From Saccostrea cucullata (lineage: Eukaryota), in NCBI RefSeq assembly GCF_032062105.1, contig NW_026928590.1:186001-250000 (forward strand): DNA of 64,000 nucleotides. The letters run 5' to 3'. This document shows, piece after piece, positions 26,196 to 38,167 of this stretch. Position numbers and translations under genes: made by a program. Position 1 is the stretch's first letter. Every line of letters begins with the position of its first letter. The notes beneath the pieces were generated by a model, which saw only the letters and a list, made by a program, of their open reading frames with translations, had not been told where the DNA came from and searched no databases.

Positions 26196-28352
26196 TGGAA
26201 TTCTAAAATATTCTTTTCGTTTTTGATGGAATTGTTAGTTATGTTAAGTAATATTAGTGTGTTATATGAAATGTTTTGTTTAGTATTTGAAGTGCCGTAA
26301 AATGTCTCCTTAATATGTATATATATGAAAATGGGACTTAAGTGTGTGTTGAGATGTGCCGTGAAAGTGGTATGAGAAGTGTTGTATAGAGGTTATATAT
26401 ATGTTGGAAAAAGTGCCGCGTAGTAATACACTGTTCTTATTGGTCAGTTGTTGTCATGGTAATGATGACGTCACTTCTGGTGCGGGAGAATTTGAATCTA
26501 GTAAATGTGATATATTCGGTGTCTGTGTTTAGTGTGTTGTAGATTGATTGTTTGTATGTTTGAGTTGAATTTGTTGGTATTGATTGTTATATGATTTTAG
26601 AAAGTGTTTTGCTGTTTCAGAAATGTCGTGAGAGCTTTTAGATGATATGAAGAAAAAAGGGCTGATCCCTAATATAAGGGTGCATGAGGGGCCAAAAGTC
26701 GAATTTTTAAGTCTTCATGTTCAATGTCTGTTTACAGATTATGGAGGCAAAATCGTTCTTCTTCACAATGTTTATCATTATTTTAGAATGAAATTCTCAA
26801 TCAAAATCTTATCTTATCAAGAATCGGACGGAAGACCCACTCGTTGCTCGCAACGAGATCGTATCTAGTTAAGGTCTTCCGTCTTCAGCGGAAGACCTTA
26901 TTGTTTTTCTTAGGTTTCTTTTCCACTATTTTTATTATTATTGTTTTTTTTTCTTACCGATTTTGTACGCGCGATTTCTCGAGAACAGCTCGATCGATTT
27001 TCATGAAACTTTCAGGTCTGATAAAACATCAAAAAATCTAGATATATATTTTTTTTATATTGATGACGTCACTTCCGGTTCGGAGTTTTCTGCGATTTAG
27101 TGATTTTTAGAGGGTCAATTTGTCCGGCAGTTTTCTCAAAAAGTACTTAACACAGAAACTTGAAATTTTCAGTGATGCTAGAGCAACTTTTGGAGAAGTG
27201 CACTAAGTATATCACAACTACCGGAAGTACGAAGCGCCGACGTTCGCTATGGTCCGAAAATTGTCCTATCAAGAATTTCAAAATTTTAAGCACCTTTTCA
27301 ACGATAACTTTTTACCTAGAAATATTTTGTTAAGGCATGTAGAACAAAAAAGGTGTAGAATTTCAAGATCTTTCAAATGAGATCTCGAAAAAAGGGCTGG
27401 CCCCTTAAATCAGGGGCCTGGAAGGGCCGAAAGTTTTTCCTTTATATCTCAAAAAGTATTGCGAATTTGTGATACGTCAAAGAAGCAAAGTTGTTCAAAA
27501 TGTCAAGCTTAATCTATTGAAGTCGTCAAAATACGTCCGGCGTCGTCACTTCCGGTCAAACCGGAAGTAGTCGGAAAACGAGTATTTTTCCCGTTTTTGA
27601 CAAGTTTTTCGGTAACATATGTCTCTGGGAGCATTAAATTTAATTTTCCGTCCGTCGTCGTCACTTCCGGTCAAACCGGAAGTAACAGAAAATGGCTTAT
27701 TTTTGCAATAATTAACATGGATTTAGAGGAATCAAACCATTTTTGGACGTTATTTCTCATTTTTGTTAAAAATAAAAGCCACTTCCGGTCAAACATGACG
27801 GAAGACCTACTCGTTGCTTTGCAACGAGCTTTGCTCTAGTTTTTATTATTATTCTTACCGATTTTGTGCACGCGAGTTCTCGGAAACGGCTCAATGGATT
27901 TTTACGAAACTTTCAGATCTAGTAGATATTGATCTGAACCTTATTGGAAACTTTTTATACTGAGATCGTCACTTCCGGTCGTGAGATATGGACGTTTTTC
28001 CGATTTTCAGAGGGTCTCCTTGTCCTGGTAACTCCTCCTAAATGACTTGAGATATTGAGTTGAGATTTTCAGTGTAGATAGAGGATGAATTGTATAAGTG
28101 CCATTTTGAGACTATATCTATCCAGTGCAAAAGGCACTAAAGCTCACCTGGGTTTAAAAAATGGCTAAAAATATCTCACACAATTTGACACATTTTGTTT
28201 CATATCTTCATACATGTTCAAAATTTGATATATTATATTGAAGAGAAAATGTGCAAAATCACAAGACCTTTACTTTAAACATATTTTATTGAATATAATT
28301 CAATCAGGATTGGGCAACAGGCAATGCCTATATAAGCCCTCTCCTTTCTTTT

Positions 28353-30380
28353 GATATCAAGAAAATGGGACTGACCCCTCGAATTAGGGGCTCAGAGGGG
28401 CCAAAACCCTTTTATCTATAACTCTCTAATGATCAATATTTTGTTATACATTACTGAAGCAAAAGTATTTATATTAACAATTTGCAACAATAAATGATAC
28501 AATTTTGATCATGTGTTACGTAATTAGGGGTCACAAGGGGCCAGAATGTCAAATCTTTGACGCTTTATATTTCAAAAAGGGGGAACATTTTGATAAGCAA
28601 TATTGAACAAAAGATGGTCAGAATAATGTTCTAAACAATATGCATACTTTGAATTTTTGCTAAACGGCCCCATTAAGGACAAGTAGTAGTGGCCCCTAAA
28701 TATTTCCATTTAGCATATCTCCACAAAGAAAAGAAATCTCTGAATAAGTGTTGAACAAAACATCTTTAAAATCACAAGACCTTTCATTTGATATCAAGAA
28801 AATCGGGCTGGCCCCTTAAATTAAGGGCTCAGAGGGGCCAAGAGTCTTTTATCTATAACTCTCTAATGATCAATATTTTGTTATACATTACTAAAGCAAA
28901 AGTACTAATCTTAACGATTTGCAACAATATATGATACAATTTTGATCATATGTTACGTAATTAGGGGTCACAAGGGACCATAATGTCAAATCTTTGACGC
29001 TTTATATTTCAAAAAGGGGGAACATTTTGATAAGCAATATTGAACAAAAGATGGTCAGAATAATGTTCTAAACAATATGCATACTTTGAATTTTTGCAAA
29101 ACGGCCCATTAAGGACTAGTGGTAGTGGCCCCTAAATATTTCCATTTAGCATATCTGAACAACCAAAAGAAATCTCTGAATAAGTGTTGAACAAAAAATC
29201 TTTAAAATCACAAGACCTTTCATTTGATATCAAGAAAATTGGGCTGGCCCCTTAAATTAAGGGCTCAGAGGGGCCAAGAGTCTTTTATCTATAACTCTCT
29301 AATGATCAATATTTTGTTATACATTACTGAAGCAAGAGTATTAATCTTAACGATTTGCAACAATATATGATACAATTTTGATCATATGTTACGTAATTAG
29401 GGGTCACAAGGGACCAGAATGTCAAATCTTTGACGCTTTATATCTCGAAAAGGAGGAATATTTTGATAAGCAATATTGAACAAAAGATGGTCAGAATAAT
29501 GTTCTAAACAATATGCATACTTTGAATTTTTGCAAAACGGCCCCATTTAGGACTTGTGGGAGTGGCCCCTAAATATTTCCATTTAGCATATCTGAACAAC
29601 CAAAAGAAATCTCTGAATAAGTGCTGAACAAAAAATCTTCAAAATCACAAGACCTTTCATTTGATATCAAGAAAATGGGGCTGACCCCTCAAATTAAGGG
29701 CTCAGAGGGGCCAAAAGTCTTTTATCTTTAACTCTCTAATGATCAATAATTTGTTATACATTACTGAAGCAAAAGTATTTATCTTAACAATTTGCAACAA
29801 CATATGATAAAATTTTGATCATATGCTACGTAATTAGGGGTCCTAAGGGGCCAGAATATAAAATCTTTGACGCTTTATATCTCGAAAAGGGGGAATATTT
29901 TGATAAGCAATATTGAACAAAAGATGGTTAGAATAATGTTCTAAACAATATGCATACTTTGAGTTTTTGCTAAACGGCCCCATTAAGGACTAGAAGTAGT
30001 GGCCCCTAAATATTTCCATTTAGCATATCTCCACAACGAAAAGAAATCTCTGAATAACTGTTGAACAAAAAATCTTCAAAATCACAAGACCTTTCATTTA
30101 ATATTAAGAAAATAGGGCTGACCCCTTAAATTAAGGGCTCAGAAGGGGCCAAGAGTCTTTTATCTATAACTCTCTAATGATCAATATTTTGTTATATATT
30201 ACTGAAGCAAAAGTATTTATCTTAACGATTTGCAACAATATACGATACAATTTTTATATCGTGTTACGTAATAAGTGGTTACAAGGAGCCAAAAATATAT
30301 ATTTTTTCTGCTTTACGTCTCGAAAAGAGGGAGTATTTTTATAAGCCATATTGAACAAAAGATGTTCAGAATATCGTGAT
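28353..30380. repeat. Tandem array of ~4.6 copies of a ~437-bp monomer inside a Helentron-type element
   Basis: gatatcaagaaaat..ggctg.cccct anchor at ~28353, 28790, 29227, 29664, 30100. Confidence 0.9.
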
Positions 30381-30480
30381 AAAAAACAGAAACTTTAAAA
30401 TTAATGAAGGAAAACTTATTGTCATTCCCTTTAAACGAATATCTCAGGCAAAATCACATCTCATCTTATCGAAAAATTCA

Positions 30481-30513
<33 letters not shown>

Positions 30514-30701
30514 TCATCTAGTTGAATTAACGTTCGTTATAGAGATAATCATTTAAGAAAGTAGAATAAATTTACAGGAATAAATCAACATAGAAGTAAG
30601 AGCAAAATGAAGAAGGATAAAAGTCAAAATGAAATGTAATAAAGACGAATATGAAAACAATAAAGTGAATAACTGCAGGATACATAGACTTTTGGCGGTA
30701 A

Positions 30702-33083
30702 TTCCCCTTCCATAACTCTAGACTATGTTACGAGCATTTCATCGCTCTGTCTGGTCCGACGAAGGACAATCCATTACCATCTATTTTTCATCACAAATCA
30801 AGACTACAAACGTATGTATTTTTTTTTATTTATCAGAATTGGGTAAATAAAATCATGGACGTTCATACCAGTTTAAAGTAAAGGTGTAACGATTCGATTA
30901 AAGCATGAAAAGCAGCGTACCATGATGTATGGTGATTCAATGTGGTTGTATCATGATACGTATTGTGATATTAATGTTATGTTCCCTGTGGTATTAAGTA
31001 TAAACTGAATTTCTATGTTTGTAATCATCAGATTATTATGTGAAGGGTAGGAATTGTAGATTTTTTTCATAAACTTGATAAAGTTTACAGTACAAATTTA
31101 TGTAACATTGAATTGAATAAGCTCTGAAAACATGTACAGTAGATAAACATCAGAAGTAAATAAAGATTATCAGTTTTATCAGGTTAAAGTAAAAGAACTT
31201 CATAAATTGCCCTTGTGTTATTTATCGTGATACACAGGTGTACAATTTTGTACATATACAATGATATGGTGCAATATTTTGTGTATCACCACAAACTGGT
31301 ATATAAAAGTCGACTTTCACATTTACCAAAGTTATTCCCATTTGCCGGGTCAATCCGGGGTCAACCGGCGTAAGACGCTGTTTTCCCTCTATAACCTTAC
31401 CAACTTTATGGGTCAGTATCCTAAAAATAAAATCTATATGAATATTCTCATTTAGTTTTTCATGTTGCGTCATACAATGGCTATACATGACTGTACAGAT
31501 CGAAATTGTCATATAACGTTTGAATTTTAAACATATTAACAGGTAACTTGCAAAGGACAAAGAGGAAAAATGAGCGTTACGCCGACAACGGGGGATAAGT
31601 CTTAGGAATGTGAAATTCATCTATTATATTGTTACACATAGTATATACATATTTCCTTGAGGCTGAGAAAAAATCATTATAACTAGTAATCTATTGAATG
31701 ATGTACACCATATTGGAGTTTTATGAAGAGACTTACTTTTACAATTGACGACTGACTTTTACAATTTTAACATAGACAAAATGTAAAAGTCAGCTGTCAA
31801 ATGTAGAAGTAAGTCTCTTCATAAAACTCCATTTATATGGATACTTATACTACACATAAGGCCTTTATTTTAAGTTTGACAAAACAACGGAGGTTTTAAA
31901 AGAAATAAATGACAATCAACAAGAAAATACAGTGAGATCAGATTCAGAGAATTCAGAGTCCGATTCTGTTGAAATCCCTAGTTTTACTGTTGACGCTAAC
32001 AAATCTGTGTTGGACACATCCGTATTAATGCACGATTACTGTGGATTGATAGAACATCAACCTTCTCTCATCATTGAACTGGTGTTCAACAGAAAGATAA
32101 TTTTGTATTCAGACAATTCGAAAGTTACCTTGACTCATATGGGAGTAATACGATCTCTTAAAAAAAATTATGTGACAAAAGTATTAAGTACAACGTTACC
32201 GTTTTTAACAGTTGAAGACTTGAAACAAGATATTTCATTTCATACTGATTTGCCAAACAAAGAGGCTTTGTATTTATTATTCCAACATTTGTAAGTCTAT
32301 CATAAATGAAAAGTTCCTGATACTGGAGGAAGACCCCCAAAAAATGAGAGATATTGGTGAGTTTTTAATGATTTTAATGCGTTTAAGGTTCAGACTCTTA
32401 ATTCAAGATTTGGCTAAAAGATTTAATATATCTGTGTCAACCTGCAGTAAAATTTTTAATGATTGGTTAGATTTGATGTATGAACATCTAGACTTTTTAT
32501 TTGCTTGGCCAACACGGAATATTATCAAAGAAGACATGCCTGACAGTTTTAAACGAAGGAACCCAAATTGTCGTGTTATTATTGACTGCACCGAGATCTA
32601 CACAGAAACACCTCAGTCACTCTCCAACAAAGGAAGAATGTATTCAGACTACAAGTCACACATGACATGGAAAGTGCTCATTGGAATTAGCCCTAGTGGA
32701 GTAATTACACATGTCTCCGATTTATGGACTGGAAGTACATCTGACAATCAAATCACACAGTTGTCAACATTAATTGAAAATGTGAATCTGGGGATGCAAT
32801 ATTGGGTGACAAAGGGTTTTTCATTGCTGACCTATGCACTCCAAATGGAATTGATCTCATTATCCCCCTTTAAAAGAAACATGATAGGCTAACTCAATCT
32901 GAAGTGGAAAAAACCAGAAGAATAGCAAATTTAAGAATACATATGGAAAGAGCAATGGAGCGAATAAAAAACTTCAAAATTATTCAAGGTGTAGTTCCAA
33001 TATCACTTCATGACAAAGTGTCCAAAATAGTGTTTGTTGTGTGTGCTCTCTGTAATCTCATGCCCCCACTTATTCAGTCATAG
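30702..33083 (+). pseudogene. ISL2EU-like transposase (THAP remnant, HTH, DDE), frameshifted
   Basis: THAP C-half NSRLCYEHF..GPTKDNPLPSIF (30711-30811, GTATGT donor); FLMILMRLR...DLAKRFNISVST; RVIIDCTEI; YSDYKSHMTWKVLIGISPSG; GDKGF and RIHMERAMERIKNF in shifted frames; TAG at 33081-33083. Confidence 0.85.
31714..31831. repeat. 118-bp fold-back palindrome (mini-MITE) in the transposase intron
   Basis: tggagttttatgaagagacttac ... gtaagtctcttcataaaactcca, with inner ctgacttttaca/tgtaaaagtcag. Confidence 0.8.
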
Positions 33084-33722
33084 TATAATTTACAATGTAA
33101 ATCATATAAAAAATGTATCTTTAATAATAAGCATCAAGTACTTCATTGTGCAACATACTGCATATGTAGAGGAAAACTTGTTATTAAGTAGTTATACCAT
33201 TTAATAAAGAGCAAAAAACTACGTACGTCTTTACATTTAATATTTATACTCAGTATGTCGATCATGAGCAAGTAAGAAATCAAGTGTTCCAAAGGTCATA
33301 GCAATGATGAGCCAGAATGACTTCATTCATTTGCACTGCCATTACTTACGTCAGTAAATCTTTTGAAATTCTACATTTAAAAGATTCAGAAATCTCTCAT
33401 TTCATGTTGTCTGTTATTAAAGTTACTGTGTGAATCAAGTTTTTAAATGAATCATGTCCTTGTATCTGACTATCATTGCAATGATCTTTGGTCTTGTGTA
33501 AAATTTATTACTAGATTATGAGGTATTGTATGTACCTACATTTAGAAAAATAAGATATAGTACTCCGTTATAAATTTATTGATCAGATACAAAATATGTT
33601 GAATATGATACAAGAGGACATGTACACATATTCTAAATGCACAGTTATGTCATACCTGATTAGAGAGCTTTAATTACATATGTCAGTACTCAGTAAAATT
33701 TTAATGTAAGACCCTTTTTTAA

Positions 33723-35828
33723 TTATGTCTGAAAAAGCTTGGGTAACACCGCAGAACAATAAAAAGAATTCAGTTTTGGAAGCATTTCATTTTCCCAAAG
33801 TTCCTCATCATATAATTTTTTTTTCAAATTCGAGACCTTTATTTGTCCATATAATAAGTGACACCAGTTTCTTTGACTGATGGTCATTGAACCTGATAAA
33901 AATATGCATGATTTCTCTTCAACTGTAAAAATTTCCATTTTCATCTAAGATACAAAAAATATTGTCATTTAAAGCCGCTTCTTTGGGATGCACATCTTTA
34001 AAGCTTTATTAACCTCAATAACACCATGGTCAGGCTTGCAGTGAGGACAGTACACTAGTTTATCGGGACTGTCACCTAAATGAGGTAGCGATTCCTTGAC
34101 AACTAGTCCAGTCTCCTGGAATGTAAGTGGTGGATGTATCTCCCTCACCTTGAGCAGGTAGCAGTCAATAGCAACTTTTTCATGCTCTCTCCCCCATACA
34201 ATTGCTTTGTTTGAAAAAGATGGACAGTATCCAAGAATATACTTAAGTAAATTGTCAGGTAAAGTCTCTGGTTTTCTCCGTGCAATTTTACCATAGTCTG
34301 AGGCAGTTATTCTCCCATGCCTGGCTTCTCTCCACGTTGGGTTTATGTGTTGACCTATCGTCATTTTATTGATAATTTCACACTCTTCTGCTGAAACCTG
34401 AAGCGAACCAAAATATTGCACAAATTGTTGTTTACATTCATCAGAAAAAAGATCAACATTGTCAAGGTAAGAGAAGGTTTTATGGTGAAGTTCAGGTATT
34501 GATTCTGCAGCGGGGGGAGGGGGGTAATGTTTCAATACCTGTAGTTGAAAAGTTTTTTAGCCAACCTGCCATTGGATTTATTTTTGTCAGATTTTCTTTA
34601 AAAACTTGAACAGATGGTAAGGTTAGGTCTGGATTTTTCTCACTTACACTATATGAACATGATTTGTTTTCCCCGTCGTCTTTGTTTTGCTGAAATCATT
34701 GTCCTGCGCTTTTTTTTTTTTTGAAAGATTTCTGCTACGTGGTTTGATCCACTCGCATGCTTTTGAAGTCGGGGCAATTTTACCAGTGTGTTTTTTTTAC
34801 TGTTATGTCAACAATCCCATACAATAATGCTGCTACGCATAGTTGCAAGCACCCCCTTTTCTAGAAGTGAAAAAGAAAGTATTAGTCTTTTTTTTATATA
34901 ATTATAATCATTAAAACAACTAAGTGCTAGTACAGGTAGGATGTTGAATTTTATAACTGATGCAAAATGAGAGGAAAAAGACACCTGGGTACTGATTCTT
35001 TTTCTCAAACAGTTCTCATTTAATGTACGAAAACTTTTTATGCACATGTAGGCCTACCTGTTATGAACACATTTTTACCTGCATGTCAAGCATACTTAAA
35101 TATTGTGCATTAGGAAATGTTACAAAGAGGCTGAAAGAGCAGTTTCAAAAAATCACAGGTCTAGTTTTGGTTTTTCAGTAAATCACCGGACCAAAAAAGA
35201 CCCTAAGTAGCTCTAGCTTATTACATTTGTAATTTTCATGATTATATTATATAACTTACTTACCCAGAAACACAGTTACATTCTGCTGTGTGGACTCTAC
35301 CAGTGACTTTAGACAAGCACACCCAAGTCCTGTACGCAGGTTTTTTACTTTTGTCTTTAGTTGGAATTGACGGTAAGCAGTCACATTTTATATTACAATG
35401 TGAAGAGTCTTTTGTAACTAGATTAATTTCAATGTTCTGTACATGACCTTGATTATAAAATATTTTGGCTTTAAGTTGTCGCCTTGCTGATTGTTGGTGT
35501 AAATCAAACTTAAGGTACGTTTACTTAATACCAAGTAATTGTAAATTTCGTTTTCCGTAACGTCTGGGAAATACTCGCAGTTCGACACCCAGCCTTCTGT
35601 TATCTTTGACGTTAGTGGTATTCTTTCCCTAAGCAGTGTGATTATTTTATCCTGTACATGTAGATTTCCCGAATCGACGTCCTTATCAGGTCCACATCTA
35701 ATCCTAAGTCATTTGCACCTTTAGCGCAATGAATAAGTTCAGGTTTGTTTCCAAAAGTTGGTTTTACACATTGTAAGAAAGTCAAATACTAGTAGTTGTT
35801 TCTTTGTCATTTTATCAAAAGCCTCCAT
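33723..35828 (-). pseudogene. SWIM + YqaJ/lambda-exonuclease-like gene of the ISL2EU element, disrupted
   Basis: TIGQ..NPTWREARHGRITAS.YG, AIVWGREHE..A, GLVV....PHLGDSPD, VIEV; upstream WVCLSKVTGRVHTAECNCVSG with a GT donor, and PTSKACEWIKPR; frameshifts and deletions. Confidence 0.8.
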
Positions 35829-38167
35829 TTTTAAACGATTTTGCAACGTCCTTGGCGCATGACGCTACAGCCTAAATCAGCAACTTTTACCTACCGGAAG
35901 TTAAAAAAACCACAAGACTAGAGAGTGCCTATGGGAAGGTAAGTAGGTTATCGAAAGAGGCTATATCTGATCTACCATCTTTCTCCGTAAATGGAAATTA
36001 ACCGCATTAAATTGTACATCTTGGAATGAATCATCCAGTTTAGTTTCAGCAATAACTAGCATGTCAACAATGTTTTGATCGAGTAGACCTTTGATTGAAC
36101 CGAATTTATAACGTAGGCTATTGATGATTTATTTGGATGTGTTTTCCTTACTTGAAACAGTTCTTCGAAAATGTCAACAGACTGTTGAAAAGCTTTGTCT
36201 CCTCTCCGAAGATGGTATGTCAAATTCATTACTTTTTCTCACCTTTCAACACCATTTCAGAGTACCGATGTATATAAAGACGCAAAATGGTTTTTTGGCA
36301 AAAATAGTCTGCAGATAACCATTGACAAGGTGAGGTTGTGAGCTCAATTCCTATGAAAAAAAAGTTTGGAAATTCATCACGTTTTATATTGAAGGTAATG
36401 TCTGTTTGATAGGTTTTGGATGAAAACAAATTGTATCTTTAGAAGATTTATATACAATGTAAAGTTCTGGGCGAAAGGACTCTTGATAGATAGCAGATTT
36501 TTGTAAAATATTAAAATTATTCAAGATCTCATTGGTGTACGGGAATACCTAATTTAAGACTTACAGGTAATTGAAGACCTAGAGAAGACCTACGGAAGAC
36601 CTGCAAAAATGTAGGATATTATCAGCAAAACTGATGCGATATTCTGATTTAGCAAGTCCTAAATATATAAAATACCTAAACAAGTTTTATAAAATGAAGT
36701 TTTAAAGTTCATTTTTCAAGCTCGGTAAGAGGAACTATTTCTTTTCTCAGACAGCAAGAACGATAACTCGCGTAAATAACAAATCAGCTGTTCACTAAAA
36801 CATATCAGATAATAAACCAAAATGAAATAATATTTAATGAAGGAAAAAATCATTGGAGATAATTTATATAAATACATCAAAGATGAAAAAATAAAAGGAA
36901 ATATTTTATCAGATATAATTCCATTTTGTTAAAAAAAAATAATTATTTTACATTAAAATTTTTAACTTGACAAAGCAGAGACGCATACACTGTACATAAT
37001 TTATATAACCATCATATGATCAAATAAAAAAATATTATACGTACATATACATGTATATACGTTATATTCAGTATGTTATGGTTGATATGTGTTTGAAATA
37101 GTTAGGTGTAAAATTTATTTCAGGTTTGAACTGCTGATCATCAATAAAAATTCATTGACAGAGATAGAATCGTTTGCGTTCTTCGTATTAATGATACCTG
37201 GAAATGTTATTCATAATACCTGGTAAAGTTTATAGGATTTGCATTTATTTAGTGGCTGAAAATTTTTTAATTGCAGTTAAAGAATATGAAGTAATTTATC
37301 AAAAACAAGGGGGGAAAAACAGAGATACAGTCACTTTCAAAATCCGTTTTATTTTTCCAAGTAAAAGCAAAATGATTTTTATTAAAAATATGCATGTGTT
37401 TTATTATTTTAAGGTCTCATTATATTCATCTTTCACTAATTCATTTTTCACATAACATGTATTAAATTCTAAGAAGAATTTTTAAGTGCAAAACGGGAAT
37501 TTGACCAAGTGAGATAATTACTTAATTGCTATAGTCTGTCTCTACCATACTCAGTAAGTAGGTGAAAGGTGAACTTATAGTGAAAAAATAAGAGAATAAA
37601 TACAAAGTTATTTACAATTTACTAACATTGAAAGACACAAAATTATAATAATTACAATTTTACCAGCTTGGATCAGCAGCAACCTTGGATCGTAACTTTG
37701 AACTTATAATTATCTGATGATCTTAACATCTTCTTGGCTTTTGTGAAGTGTTTCCATTTAAAAACAGAAGAATGAACTGATTATTTTCCTTGTTTCACAG
37801 TTTTAAAAAACATGTCTTCGTCTTTACTGGTATAAAATGGAAATGGTGCACCAAAATAGTATTTTTTTTCACAACGCCTACCTCTATCAATCTGTGCGAA
37901 AGTAAATCAATAGTTCCATTTTACTGACACGCATTATGGTATTTAAGTTCTATAATTACATATCATGGCTTTTTGTGATGTGTGGTACATTAACATGAAA
38001 TATATAAATAAGGCCTCTATGTACTTTGTGGACGCAAAGAAGGTAAAATCTTATACATTATATGAAAACTGCTTCAATAATATTCTATACTTATTCCATG
38101 ATATATATAAAATGTATCTTATAATATTTTTTTCAGCAAATTAGAATATACAATAAAAATCCTTTAA

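Larger units (their letters stand above)
24563..30523 (+). mobile_element. Nested cluster of related Helentron-type non-autonomous elements
   Basis: Four 5' ends of type TTAAGGTCTTCCGTC..CGGAAGACC (24563 partly deleted, 24630, 24699, 26869) and three 3' ends ACGGAAGACC + CTCGTTGC..GCAACGAG + CTAG-TT (ending ~26870, 27841, 30523). Confidence 0.85.
30686..35962. mobile_element. Decayed ISL2EU-type (PIF/Harbinger-related) DNA transposon with convergent transposase and YqaJ nuclease genes
   Basis: THAP+HTH+DDE on plus, SWIM+YqaJ on minus; tentative degenerate ends AGACTTTTGGCGGTAA / TTATCGAAAGAGGCT each flanked by AT (ends uncertain). Confidence 0.7.

Noticed and set aside
31222-31620. ORFs 31222-31620 and 31261-31455 as a THAP domain
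   Set aside because: No THAP signature; the real THAP remnant is at 30711-30811
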